Counted from the stretch's first letter, positions 9,915 through 19,666 are shown. The stretch: DNA of 64,000 nt from a virus (IMGVR_UViG_3300021511_000006:1-64000), one strand, 5' to 3'. Made by a program: numbers and translations. Notes: generated by a model not told the origin, from the letters alone.

Positions 9915-10481
9915 ATGGATTATAAAGAGAAAATTATAGAATTATTAAAAAAGAATATGACCGAAAAAAGTTTTAAACTTTGGAGTGGAATTGATAATCG
10001 TTTACCAGATATATGGAGCAAGTTAACTGCATCCACTGGAAAGTATCATAGGAAATTAAACGGTGAGGTGCAGAATATTGCAGAGCACACATATGAGATG
10101 CTTTTTTCAGCTGTTAAAATATGTAGATTATTTAATGTTGCTTTAAAAACAACTGATTTTGATAAAATCTTATTTGCCATAGTATTACATGACTCACTAA
10201 AATATGGTACATTGGGTACAAGAAGACATACAGATAATAAACATGATAAATATGCAGCAGATATGATCTCTGAAAATAAGAAAATATTTGAGATGATTTT
10301 AACAGAAGATCAATTCTTCATTATGGAGGAAGCTGTAAGGTTTCATTCAGGAAGATGGAGTACTGATGTTCCAAAAAATAAAGAGTTTACTTTTAAGGAT
10401 TATAATCCAGAGACATTATTAATACACATTCTTGATATGATGAGCACTGCTGATCTAATTCAAACTGACGTGAGGGAGTAA
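9915..10481 (+). CDS. HD-domain phosphohydrolase
   Basis: KYH...EHT...LHDSLKYG...FHSGRW...HILD metal-binding pattern. Confidence 0.8.
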   Translation: MDYKEKIIELLKKNMTEKSFKLWSGIDNRLPDIWSKLTASTGKYHRKLNGEVQNIAEHTYEMLFSAVKICRLFNVALKTTDFDKILFAIVLHDSLKYGTLGTRRHTDNKHDKYAADMISENKKIFEMILTEDQFFIMEEAVRFHSGRWSTDVPKNKEFTFKDYNPETLLIHILDMMSTADLIQTDVRE

Positions 10482-10484
10482 TGA

Positions 10485-11138
10485 ATGGCTACAGTTTTAA
10501 CATCTTATTCACTAGTGGCAGAACTACAACATTGGTTCAACCATTTTGTGATAAACTCGAAAATTAATAAATATCGAGTTCCCCCTCCTGTAGATATTCC
10601 GGAAACATACCTTGGTGAAAATTCGTTTATTGATATGTTATTTAATAATGCTTATGAGCATGATTCATATGAATATAGATATAGTACAGAGGAGAATGCT
10701 TTTTGTATTCCCCGTGTTGCATCTACAAGGTTACAAGTATATCCGGGATCTTCTCAATATCTTACTTTAGACCCTGATGGATCAAACGTTTTTAATTTAC
10801 AAGCAGATGATTTTGCAACGTTAGATGCTTTATTAGCATACCGAAATGATGGGACAGCATTAACAATTATAGATTCAACTTCTGTCAGTTTTATATCTGA
10901 TGCAACAGCAGGTATATTCATTTTATATGCAACTTTAGATACTCTTTCAACTGAGTTATCTAAAATGATATATTTATATTTAGTTTTAAAATTATATAAT
11001 AGATTTGAAGAATATAACAACGAGTCGTTAATCTCAACAGGAGGACTTATACAAACGTGCTATGAATCTTATCTTGTTGACCAGTATTTCTGTTTTATGA
11101 CAGAACAACATCCCGACTTGTTATATGACTGTATGTAA
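10485..11138 (+). CDS. Hypothetical protein (baseplate region)
   Basis: 217 aa ORF with GGGAG Shine-Dalgarno. Confidence 0.6.
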   Translation: MATVLTSYSLVAELQHWFNHFVINSKINKYRVPPPVDIPETYLGENSFIDMLFNNAYEHDSYEYRYSTEENAFCIPRVASTRLQVYPGSSQYLTLDPDGSNVFNLQADDFATLDALLAYRNDGTALTIIDSTSVSFISDATAGIFILYATLDTLSTELSKMIYLYLVLKLYNRFEEYNNESLISTGGLIQTCYESYLVDQYFCFMTEQHPDLLYDCM

Positions 11139-11147
11139 GGAGATAAA

Positions 11148-13802
11148 ATGGCGCATAACATAGATGAGTTCTGGAAAATACTTAAGTCAATCCAAGGCGA
11201 ATCTACTGATCTAACTGAAGCTATTGATGCTATAGCTAAAAATGAGAAAACAACTTCTCAAAGATTAATGGATTTAGTCATTGATCAGATTGCACATAAT
11301 TCTCCAGATTGGGCAAGACTAAAAGGTTTTTTTAGAGATTGGTATGCCGCTCATAGAACTGTAACTACTTTCCAAGCCAATATTTCTGATGTTTATGAAA
11401 TCCCAAATGATCAATTAGATGAATTATTTAGAAGTTTTGGATATGACCTATCTGCAGTTTTAAAAAATCCAATAAATAATGAATCACCCGCAGAAAAAAT
11501 TAATTTATTCCTCGAACTAGTAAATCTTTACAAAAGAAAAGGAACTCCACAAGCTCTACTTGAAGTTCTTCAATATTATGGAATTATTAGTGTTGATATT
11601 TATGAACTTCAATTACAATTTGAAGAACGCGAAAGAAAAAATCCTACAGATTTAATTTTCAAAGGAAAACTGACAACTGGAACATCTAATATCTCACCGC
11701 CAATTTATTTACCATTTAATTACTTAACAGATAAAGATCCACATTGGCTACAAACTGAAGCGCAAATCAAAAGATTAGTATCTGAGAATAAAATAAATTT
11801 TCCATCTCAATCTCCTTATTTTGTTGTGAAACCTTTATTTGATGAAGAATCAATTAATCCTGGTACTGGTATGTTAATAAGAAATATTCAAGATCAGCAT
11901 GATACATGGGATAATGCTGGACAACCAGATGAAGGATTAATTGCTGTTTTACCACAAGATGCAGTTATGACAATTACTGGTGAAATTGTATCCTTATTAA
12001 CTCTATATTTATCAACCATTTATGTATTCAACAAAGAGTTTGATGTTGGGGCTCCAGGCGACAGGTTTCTTTGTTATGATGGGACTAATACTGATCCAGT
12101 TATAATAATGGATGAGTTTAGAACTTTAACTCAAAGAGCTAGTACTAGATCACAATGGAAAGCGCAATTGGAATTATATCTTGATACATTTTCAAGAGTT
12201 ACCACTACTAACTTTTTACAAAATCATGATGATGCTGGAGATGTTTTATCAATACTGAATCCAGCAGTAAAAGCAAATCTTGATGGGTTAGCAACTGATA
12301 ATATCACTATATTAGGAACTCTATTAAGAGACTTAGGAGAATGGGTAAGAAATAATATCAGCTTTGGTTTCATCAATATGAGTTATATCTTATTTGGGCT
12401 TGATTCGTTCTTTGCTGAGTTAAGTAATGTAATTGAATTTTTTAAACCATATAGAGCAAGAATGATTCCTCTTGAAACAATTGAATTTACAAATAGACTA
12501 TTCAATTCAATTATAGTTGAAGATAAATTCTTAATGGATATTGAAGAAAACGTGCATGATTATTTAACTGGCGATAGTATTCCATGTTGTGATTCAACTA
12601 CGTGTATTAATGTTGATACCACATCTACTGATTTATTTTATTCAAGAGAAACATATGACTGTGGTTCGTATCATGATATTGGTGCCGTTACTGATATGCC
12701 ACGAGAAATGTTTATTGAAATTCAAGACGATATCCATGATGAATTAAGATGTCCTAGATTTTGTGGTGATGGTACTGCTGCTATCCAAATTGCTAGTAAT
12801 CTTGGCTCACCTAATGCTCCAATTGTTACATCTGAATTATTAAATTATATCCCTTTGGATATTACAGATATTGTAGCTGGAGATAATACTGTTGTTGGGA
12901 CATTTGCAGAAGTACAAAGTCCGGGTTATGCACTAACAATAAATATGTTTAATGAGGATGATTCGTCTCCATCAATATACAGTCATATAATTACAGAAAA
13001 AAGTATGTATGGATTCACTGCATTATTTTCTGATGTAATGGATTCTGCAAATTACTCTGTATCATATGATTATGATAATTCAGATAATTCAGGAATTATA
13101 AATGTTCCTGATGGTACTAGTGTTATAACAGTTAATATTCCACCACCACCAGAAATAATTGATGACACATCATATACAGTTGCTCTAAGCCTTTCTAATA
13201 CTGTAGATGTAAACCCATCATTATATAATTATTCAGTAATTGAAAGAACAGCAACTTACTTTACAGTTCAATTCTCAGGTGAAATGGATTCATCAAACTA
13301 TTATTTAGAATGGATCTTAATTACACATGAAAAGCAAGATGTGTTACCTTTAATGGAGGGATGGACTTCAGTTACTATACCATTGAATCCTTTTGAAGTA
13401 AATGATCGGTATGGTCTTAGTATTGTAATGTTAAATACAGTAGATACAACTTCATCAATAATTCCTTTTATAGTAACAGATAAATCAATTGATGGTTTCA
13501 CTGTAATGTTTGATAGCCCAATAGATTCACCTAATTATCAATTAATGTGGTCACGCCCTCTTGGCGCATCTCTATCTTCTAAAGAATATAATTATTATCA
13601 AACTGGAGGATTTACAAACTTTGATGGTGTTCCTGTATTTGATTCAACTGCATATGTTTATGTAGAAGGGACACAAGGTAGGTTTGATTGTACTCATGGT
13701 TTTGATCTGGTGCAGATTGAGATTGAAGATATAACCGAATATCTATTACAAGAAAATGGAAGTTATATACTGCAAGAAGATGGTTCAAGAATCCTTCTAT
13801 AA
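11148..13802 (+). CDS. Baseplate wedge-like protein (P2 gpI / T4 gp7-like) with C-terminal beta repeats
   Basis: LDELFRSFGY...LYKRKGTPQAL signature; three similar C-terminal repeats (F T/S V x F); terminal YLLQENGSYILQEDGSRILL. Confidence 0.6.
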   Translation: MAHNIDEFWKILKSIQGESTDLTEAIDAIAKNEKTTSQRLMDLVIDQIAHNSPDWARLKGFFRDWYAAHRTVTTFQANISDVYEIPNDQLDELFRSFGYDLSAVLKNPINNESPAEKINLFLELVNLYKRKGTPQALLEVLQYYGIISVDIYELQLQFEERERKNPTDLIFKGKLTTGTSNISPPIYLPFNYLTDKDPHWLQTEAQIKRLVSENKINFPSQSPYFVVKPLFDEESINPGTGMLIRNIQDQHDTWDNAGQPDEGLIAVLPQDAVMTITGEIVSLLTLYLSTIYVFNKEFDVGAPGDRFLCYDGTNTDPVIIMDEFRTLTQRASTRSQWKAQLELYLDTFSRVTTTNFLQNHDDAGDVLSILNPAVKANLDGLATDNITILGTLLRDLGEWVRNNISFGFINMSYILFGLDSFFAELSNVIEFFKPYRARMIPLETIEFTNRLFNSIIVEDKFLMDIEENVHDYLTGDSIPCCDSTTCINVDTTSTDLFYSRETYDCGSYHDIGAVTDMPREMFIEIQDDIHDELRCPRFCGDGTAAIQIASNLGSPNAPIVTSELLNYIPLDITDIVAGDNTVVGTFAEVQSPGYALTINMFNEDDSSPSIYSHIITEKSMYGFTALFSDVMDSANYSVSYDYDNSDNSGIINVPDGTSVITVNIPPPPEIIDDTSYTVALSLSNTVDVNPSLYNYSVIERTATYFTVQFSGEMDSSNYYLEWILITHEKQDVLPLMEGWTSVTIPLNPFEVNDRYGLSIVMLNTVDTTSSIIPFIVTDKSIDGFTVMFDSPIDSPNYQLMWSRPLGASLSSKEYNYYQTGGFTNFDGVPVFDSTAYVYVEGTQGRFDCTHGFDLVQIEIEDITEYLLQENGSYILQEDGSRILL

Positions 13803-13887
13803 TCCCGCAAGTTTCTAACCTATAGTTCGTCGAAAACTAATAACTAGTTAATATTCCAAGGATAATACGGTAGATGACTTTATTTTT

Positions 13888-13903
13888 TAGAACAAAATAT
13901 AAA
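13888..13903 (+). promoter_or_regulatory. Motif L, candidate late promoter
   Basis: TAGAACAAAATATAAA upstream of ATG 13940. Confidence 0.6.
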
Positions 13904-13939
13904 ATCCTTTTTAAAATTCAATGTTTAAGGAGCTTATAT

Positions 13940-14857
13940 ATGTCACAGTTAAAAGAAGAAATATTAAAGTTAGCTGATGGTTCTGTTTTAACAAATAAAG
14001 AGATTGCAAAAGTAGTTGGATGTTCACCTCGCACAGTAACTAAATATGCTGGGAGTTATGTTGAAAGGACTCAATCAAAAGAAATGGAAGATAGTTCTTT
14101 ATGGGAAATACAAAAAACTGTATTGCTCCCAGATATTCATCATCCTTATTATGAAGAAAGAGTAATGGATGCAGTTGGGGAATTCATTCTTGATTATGAA
14201 CCGGATGAAATTGTTTATATGGGTGACCAATTATCTTTAGATTGTATTTCAGGATGGAATAGAAATAAACCTTTGTTAAAAGAAGGTCAAAGATTAATGA
14301 AGGATTATGACAATTTTGATAAAGATATTTTACAAATTCATGAAGGATTAACAAAACCAGAAACTCGTAGAACTTTTATGATTGGAAATCATGAACAAAG
14401 AATTGAATGGTATACTCAAATACATCCCGAACTTGCTGAATTTATAAATGTTGGCAGACATCTAGATTTACTAGAAAGGGGTTATAATATTATTCCATTT
14501 AACGGAATACATAAGGTTGGTAAGTTAAGCGTGATTCACGGATATTACTGGAATAAATATCACGCTTCAAAAACATTAGAAGCGTTTGAAGGTAATATAG
14601 TTTATGCGCATGTTCACAATCCTCAAATGTATGCTAAAGTTTCTCCAATAGATAGAAAGGGATATCACACTGCGACTTCATTACCATGCCTATGTAACAT
14701 TAAACCCGACTATAAACAAAACGCTCCAAACTTCTGGATAAACGGTTTTGGAATTGTAGAACATTTACCTGCCACAGGATATTTCAATTTATATACAATA
14801 ATTATTATTGAAGGAAGTTTCATGTTTAATGGTCGTTATTACGGGAAAGATTTATAA
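13940..14857 (+). CDS. Calcineurin-like metallophosphoesterase with N-terminal HTH
   Basis: DIH, GD, GNHE, HG and HxH motifs; N-terminal NKEIAKVVGCSPRTVTKY helix-turn-helix; AGGAG Shine-Dalgarno before ATG 13940. Confidence 0.85.
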   Translation: MSQLKEEILKLADGSVLTNKEIAKVVGCSPRTVTKYAGSYVERTQSKEMEDSSLWEIQKTVLLPDIHHPYYEERVMDAVGEFILDYEPDEIVYMGDQLSLDCISGWNRNKPLLKEGQRLMKDYDNFDKDILQIHEGLTKPETRRTFMIGNHEQRIEWYTQIHPELAEFINVGRHLDLLERGYNIIPFNGIHKVGKLSVIHGYYWNKYHASKTLEAFEGNIVYAHVHNPQMYAKVSPIDRKGYHTATSLPCLCNIKPDYKQNAPNFWINGFGIVEHLPATGYFNLYTIIIIEGSFMFNGRYYGKDL

Positions 14858-14858
14858 C

Positions 14859-14946
14859 AAAAAAGCGGGGGGTGAGTCTTCGCTTCCCTGGAACGGGCCC
14901 GAATGACTCGACTCGGAATCCCCAACAGGTTTAGCCCCCACTTTTC
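14859..14946 (-). ncRNA. GC-rich structured intergenic element A (candidate sRNA or terminator with a large structured loop)
   Basis: 10-bp outer stem (AAAGTGGGGG/CCCCCGCTTT), inner pairings and a 3' U-tract on the minus strand. Confidence 0.35.
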
Positions 14947-14988
14947 CTTACACCAGCACTTTAGAGGTGCGTTGGTAAGATGTTACTT

Positions 14989-15120
14989 TTATTTGCACGT
15001 ACCTTTTTCTCCGCCAGTTTTTGGGCCAGTTCCCTGACCGGATTGGCCACTTCCTCCGCCTTGACCATTTCTAGGTCCGCCTGATTGTTTAGGCGGACCT
15101 GTTCCGTCACCCTTTGGCAT
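14989..15120 (-). CDS. 43-aa Gly-rich protein resembling the MPxGDGTGP (DUF5320-like) family; not in the ORF track
   Basis: MPKGDGTGPPKQSGGPRNGQGGGSGQSGQGTGPKTGGEKGTCK; Shine-Dalgarno AAGGGGGTG. Confidence 0.6.
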   Translation of the reverse strand: MPKGDGTGPPKQSGGPRNGQGGGSGQSGQGTGPKTGGEKGTCK

Positions 15121-15151
15121 ACTTAATCACCCCCTTAATGTTGTATGTAAT

Positions 15152-15307
15152 TTATTCCTTATCATCTATTGAGTTTAATTTTGCGTACATTTTTTTCTCA
15201 CATGTATTACACATGCTATGAGAAACTCCTCCATTCGCTTCATCATTTTCGTTACATGGTTTGGTTCCCATATCTAAACCACACCATGCGCATTTAATAA
15301 TTATCAT
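15152..15307 (-). CDS. 51-aa putative zinc-finger protein; not in the ORF track
   Basis: MIIIKCAWCG...VSHSMCNTCEKK (CxWC...HxxCxxC); Shine-Dalgarno AGGAGG. Confidence 0.7.
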   Translation of the reverse strand: MIIIKCAWCGLDMGTKPCNENDEANGGVSHSMCNTCEKKMYAKLNSIDDKE

Positions 15308-15316
15308 AATGTCCTC

Positions 15317-15679
15317 CTATTTCAGTGACCATCTAGCTGGTGCATCTGAGGTTGATGGTTCTCTAATAAGTTGAGCAGTAGTTTGCCCGAATTCTAACTC
15401 CCCACCAGAAACATCAATACTAATCCAGGTATACCCATCAATTTGATAGTCAACCTGATTAAATATTTCTTGGTCGGTCCATCCATTGTCAAATTTCCCC
15501 TCTGTCCAAACTTTCATTTCCTGACCATTAAGATCAACGATGGCCATATTAATTCCTCGTTGTTCAGCATTCTTATCTATAGAAACTAATTTTGGAATTG
15601 CCATCCCCACAATCACTCCTAAAATAACTAGGACTGCAAGGATTTCAACTAAGGTGAAACCCTTTTGATTTGGGTTCAT
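15317..15679 (-). CDS. Type IV pilin-like protein (class III signal peptide)
   Basis: MNPNQKG|FTLVEILAVLVILGVIVGMAIP prepilin cleavage/methylation motif; AGGAGG Shine-Dalgarno. Confidence 0.9.
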   Translation of the reverse strand: MNPNQKGFTLVEILAVLVILGVIVGMAIPKLVSIDKNAEQRGINMAIVDLNGQEMKVWTEGKFDNGWTDQEIFNQVDYQIDGYTWISIDVSGGELEFGQTTAQLIREPSTSDAPARWSLK

Positions 15680-15727
15680 GACTCCTCCTTTCAAATAATT
15701 TAAGTAATAAGTTTCATTCCTTCACCT

Positions 15728-15741
15728 ATTAATATATATAG
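15728..15741 (-). promoter_or_regulatory. Motif E (CTATATATATTAAT), candidate phage-RNAP promoter
   Basis: Exact 14-mer occurs at three divergent intergenic regions; here upstream of the pilin operon. Confidence 0.6.
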
Positions 15742-15742
15742 T

Positions 15743-15757
15743 TAGAACAAATATAAA
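15743..15757 (+). promoter_or_regulatory. Motif L variant (TAGAACAAATATAAA)
   Basis: Back-to-back with motif E, upstream of 15843. Confidence 0.55.
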
Positions 15758-15842
15758 AGGAAAATTCTCGTACGATAGACCCGACAGACTTTAAGCAAAA
15801 AATTGAGGTTCTAGTCTGTAACCTGTAAAAGGAGATACTATC

Positions 15843-16715
15843 ATGACTTATAAAGACAATTTCGTAGCCGAAGTAAAATGTAATGGCAAAATCTTAAGAA
15901 TTATAGATGGAGCTGTTCACCTACCTTATGGAAGTGAATACACACTTCTTCTTAAAAATCTTAATTCAAGAAAAGCATCTGTTAGTGTTCATGTTGATGG
16001 ACAGGATGTACTTGATTATAGTTCTCTTATTCTTGAACCAAATTCTAGTGCTGAACTTGAAGGATTTCTTAGTGGCACAGTTGCTAAAAATCGTTTTAAG
16101 TTTATTCACAAAACGAAACAAATTCAAGAACACAGAGGTGATAAAATCGACGATGGTTTAATTCGAGTTGAGTTTGCATTTGAAAAACCAGCTCCAGAAG
16201 TCATCAAAAAAACAATTATACATGAGGATCATTACTATGATCACTATCACCGCTATCCAAGACCATATTATCATTGGAATTATGATAAATGGTTTAGTGG
16301 TGACTCACAAGTAAAGTATGGATCATCTGCTGTTGACAATCAAACATCATTTACAAATTCAGGTGGTGATGAATTATTGGGAATAAAAGCTGAAAATTGT
16401 GCCAGAGGAGCTCATAGTGAAAGTATTAATATGGTGCAACATGATTCTCTTGGAGTTGAATCTCTTGGTCAACCTTTAGATGATGAAGGTATTACTGTTA
16501 AAGGCGCTGAATGCCATCAATCATTTAGATATGGAATAATTGGAGAACTAGAACAGGCTCAAGTTATTACTATTCAACTAAAGGGTATAAAAGGAAGTGG
16601 TGCTCAGATTCAACAACCTATAACTGTAAGAACTAAACTTCAATGTCCAACTTGTGGAATAAAATCTAAATCATCATTTAAATATTGTCCTTCTTGTGGA
16701 ACATATTTAGAATAA
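15843..16715 (+). CDS. Hypothetical protein with C-terminal double zinc ribbon
   Basis: NFVAEVKCNGKILR...LPYGSEY...DGQDV N-terminus; CPTC...CPSC C-terminus; AAGGAG Shine-Dalgarno. Confidence 0.75.
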   Translation: MTYKDNFVAEVKCNGKILRIIDGAVHLPYGSEYTLLLKNLNSRKASVSVHVDGQDVLDYSSLILEPNSSAELEGFLSGTVAKNRFKFIHKTKQIQEHRGDKIDDGLIRVEFAFEKPAPEVIKKTIIHEDHYYDHYHRYPRPYYHWNYDKWFSGDSQVKYGSSAVDNQTSFTNSGGDELLGIKAENCARGAHSESINMVQHDSLGVESLGQPLDDEGITVKGAECHQSFRYGIIGELEQAQVITIQLKGIKGSGAQIQQPITVRTKLQCPTCGIKSKSSFKYCPSCGTYLE

Positions 16716-16740
16716 TAAAAAAATCGTGCGAGTTTAATCG

Positions 16741-16776
16741 GGAGGGTACTAGAACTTTTTAGTACCCTCCTGTTTT
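16741..16776 (+). terminator. Intrinsic terminator
   Basis: Perfect 11-bp stem GGAGGGTACTA/TAGTACCCTCC followed by TGTTTT. Confidence 0.75.
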
Positions 16777-16809
16777 ACGTTATTTTTAGTTCTAAACCTC
16801 CTGAATAAT

Positions 16810-16825
16810 AAGAACAAAATATAAA
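16810..16825 (+). promoter_or_regulatory. Motif L, candidate late promoter
   Basis: AAGAACAAAATATAAA upstream of 16857. Confidence 0.6.
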
Positions 16826-16856
16826 GTAAATCATCACCGTTTATAAGGGATAAAAT

Positions 16857-17546
16857 ATGAAAAAGAAAATTGAGACAATAGAGGTTGTTGCTAAAGACTT
16901 TTATGGGGACAATTGTTTAGATGATTCAATTGGTCGTCGTAATATAGTAAAAAAAGGGAATCCGGAAGGTTATGTTGAAATTTATGAGGTTGATGTTTCT
17001 GGTAATAAAAAATTAATTGGGAAACATAATCTCGTTCTTTATAGAGGAAGAGAACTGTTAGCCCAAAGATTAGTTAATGTAGATAATACAAATGTTATAT
17101 CTACAAAAGATGAGTTTATTAGTTGGTTAGGTCTTGGGGATGGTGGAGTTATTCCAGGAGATCCATTAAATCCTTCACCTCCAACTTTAACAGATACAGA
17201 ATTAGCTTCTCAAATTATGATTACACCAACAGATTCGTCTGCTGCTGATTATCATATTATAGATCCTACTCACCCAGAAGAAGGATATTACAAAATTCCG
17301 TTTGATACAATTGAGTTTGAACAAGACATGCTTAATGATGATAAATGGTTAGTACTTAGAATTACAACTACAATTAGTGCCTACTATGCAAATAATAAAC
17401 AATTAAGCGAAGCAGCATTATTTTCGGCTGCTTCCTCCTTGGGAGGCTACACTGGGCAATTTACAATTTTTTCAAGAGTTACTTTTCCATCAATTGTTAA
17501 AACATCTGATCGAAGACTCATCTTTTCTTGGTTCTTATATATATAA
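16857..17546 (+). CDS. Baseplate / tail-collar-type structural protein
   Basis: HNLV...GLGDGG...SEAALF...FSRVTFPSIVKT pattern typical of myophage tail-collar/baseplate proteins; precedes the sheath gene. Confidence 0.55.
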   Translation: MKKKIETIEVVAKDFYGDNCLDDSIGRRNIVKKGNPEGYVEIYEVDVSGNKKLIGKHNLVLYRGRELLAQRLVNVDNTNVISTKDEFISWLGLGDGGVIPGDPLNPSPPTLTDTELASQIMITPTDSSAADYHIIDPTHPEEGYYKIPFDTIEFEQDMLNDDKWLVLRITTTISAYYANNKQLSEAALFSAASSLGGYTGQFTIFSRVTFPSIVKTSDRRLIFSWFLYI

Positions 17547-17661
17547 AAAAGAATCATGAAAAAAGATTTTTATAGTATAGACCTGGAGAGAAAGGAAGAT
17601 AAAGAATTATAGAGATTAATATTACTAAACTAGAGAAAAATAAATTAGGAGGAAAAGAAAC

Positions 17662-19614
17662 ATGGCTGCTAATGTTTCTCCAGGAGTTTTTTCTAAAATT
17701 ATCGACCTTTCTCAATTCGTTCAGGCTGTACCTTCAACAATTGGTTTTATTTCAGCACTTAACGAAAAGGGAGAAGATAATGTTTTAAAATTTATTGGTT
17801 CAAGAGCTGACTATATTTCAGAATATGGGGAACCAAATATTGCAACATACGGCAAAAACTATGGACAAGGTCCATACTGTGCGTACAATTATTTAGGAGA
17901 ATCAGGAGCTCTTTTTTACATGAGAGTTCTACCTGATAATGCTACGTATTCAAACATGAGGATTGATGCAACAGTTAATCCTGCTGATTCAACCGCTGGT
18001 ATGCAAATTACGTTTGTAGAAGGTATGAATACAGTTGATGAACTTGAAACTAACCTATTACAAGATGGTAATGCATATCCGATTTGTTTCCTATATCCAA
18101 TTGGAAGGGGACAATGGTATAACAAAATAGGTGTAAGATTAACGGAGGTATCGAACCCAACTCTTTGGGATCAATATATTTTAGATATCTACGAAAGACA
18201 ATCTGATGGACAAGATGCTATAATTGAATCGTTTGAAGTTTCATTTGAGAAAACAGCAAAAGATAGCGCGGGCGATTCGATCTGGGTTGTAGATGTTTTA
18301 AATACATATTCAGCAATCCTTAAAGCAGAAATGTATATTGACAAAGATACAGATCGTCTCTCAGCTGGATATGATGAAAATATTAGAATTTATGATAAAG
18401 ATATTGATACTAATATAAGAGTTACTTTAACCGCTGGTTCTGCTGATCTTACAGACATCAAACAAGACTTCTCTGATTGGGAAGGTGTTGGTACAGGCAA
18501 TTATGTTATTATTGCTAAAGATGCCAGAGGAGCTGAAATTTGGGGTTGGTGCGGAGCTACTGCTGGAGCAGATGAAGAAGAAATTACAGTCTTTTCCGAA
18601 ATATCATTAGCAACACAATCATGGAATGGAGCTGTAACAGAATTTGATGATGCTTCTGAAATTGAATATCGTATTAAGAAATCATACGGTTCAGTTGCTC
18701 AAGCATTTACATCAGCTGACCCTGTTCCATTAAGAAAAGGAAGTGATGGTGATCTATTACAAGCTGATGGTTCTTTAGATCCTGCTGAAGCTGTACAACT
18801 TCTGAATCAAGCATATAATGGTATCATTGATGATAACGTGCTTGATACTGAAAATACTTATTTCTCAATGGTATGGGATTGTGGTTATCCATCTGATGTT
18901 AAATCTGCAATTAGTACATTATGTCAAACAAGACGTGACTGTGTTGGTATTCTTGATAATGGGGATAACGCAAGTGTTAATCTTGCCCTTGCTACAAGAA
19001 ATAATACCAATACATTTAATAATTACTTTGTTGCTCTTTACGAATCATATAATAAAGTGTATGATCCATTTACAGGACAAGATGTATGGTTCTCACCAAT
19101 TTATCATATGTCATATATCCTACCAAGAAACGATACTGTAGCTGAACTTTGGTTCGCAGCAGCTGGTTTCAATAGAGCAGCGATTGACACAATTAAAGAA
19201 CTTCGTTATAATCCAAGACTTGGACAAAGAGATCAACTATATCTAAAACAGCTAAATCCAATTGTTAAATTTAATCCTGGATATGTTGTTTGGGGTCAGT
19301 TGACATCTCAAGCAAAAGCAAGTGCTTTACAGGACTTAAATATTGTTAGACTTGTTCTGTATATCAAGAGAGCATTTGAAGACTTCTGTCGTTTCTTCAT
19401 CTTTGAACAAAATGATGAAATTACCTGGTCACTTGTAGCAGGTAATCTAGTTGACTTCCTTGAAGTGATTAGAAAGAAACGTGGTCTGACAAACTTCTCA
19501 GTAGACGTAGGCGCAACAGAATACGAAAGACGTACAAAGAAATTCCACGTTAACGTAACTCTAGAACCTACAAGAACTGTAGAACAGATTGAACTGAACT
19601 TCTTTATTGTATAA
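17662..19614 (+). CDS. Contractile tail sheath protein (T4 gp18-like)
   Basis: N-terminal SPGVFSKIIDLS; C-terminal LNPI...WGQLT...LNIVRL...FIFEQND...LEPTRTVEQIELNF. Confidence 0.95.
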   Translation: MAANVSPGVFSKIIDLSQFVQAVPSTIGFISALNEKGEDNVLKFIGSRADYISEYGEPNIATYGKNYGQGPYCAYNYLGESGALFYMRVLPDNATYSNMRIDATVNPADSTAGMQITFVEGMNTVDELETNLLQDGNAYPICFLYPIGRGQWYNKIGVRLTEVSNPTLWDQYILDIYERQSDGQDAIIESFEVSFEKTAKDSAGDSIWVVDVLNTYSAILKAEMYIDKDTDRLSAGYDENIRIYDKDIDTNIRVTLTAGSADLTDIKQDFSDWEGVGTGNYVIIAKDARGAEIWGWCGATAGADEEEITVFSEISLATQSWNGAVTEFDDASEIEYRIKKSYGSVAQAFTSADPVPLRKGSDGDLLQADGSLDPAEAVQLLNQAYNGIIDDNVLDTENTYFSMVWDCGYPSDVKSAISTLCQTRRDCVGILDNGDNASVNLALATRNNTNTFNNYFVALYESYNKVYDPFTGQDVWFSPIYHMSYILPRNDTVAELWFAAAGFNRAAIDTIKELRYNPRLGQRDQLYLKQLNPIVKFNPGYVVWGQLTSQAKASALQDLNIVRLVLYIKRAFEDFCRFFIFEQNDEITWSLVAGNLVDFLEVIRKKRGLTNFSVDVGATEYERRTKKFHVNVTLEPTRTVEQIELNFFIV

Positions 19615-19621
19615 TCTAACC

Positions 19622-19666
19622 AAAAAAAATGAGTCGCTCAAGAGTAAATCCTGAGTGACTCATTTT
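19622..19666. terminator. Bidirectional intrinsic terminator between convergent genes
   Basis: AAAATGAGTCGCTCA...TGAGTGACTCATTTT stem with A- and T-tracts on either side. Confidence 0.85.

Noticed and set aside
14859-14946. Element A as an HDV-like ribozyme or tRNA (it contains CGAA followed by GACTC)
   Set aside because: I could not build P1/P3/P1.1 in the required order on either strand, and there is no cloverleaf with T-loop/CCA; kept only as a generic structured RNA candidate
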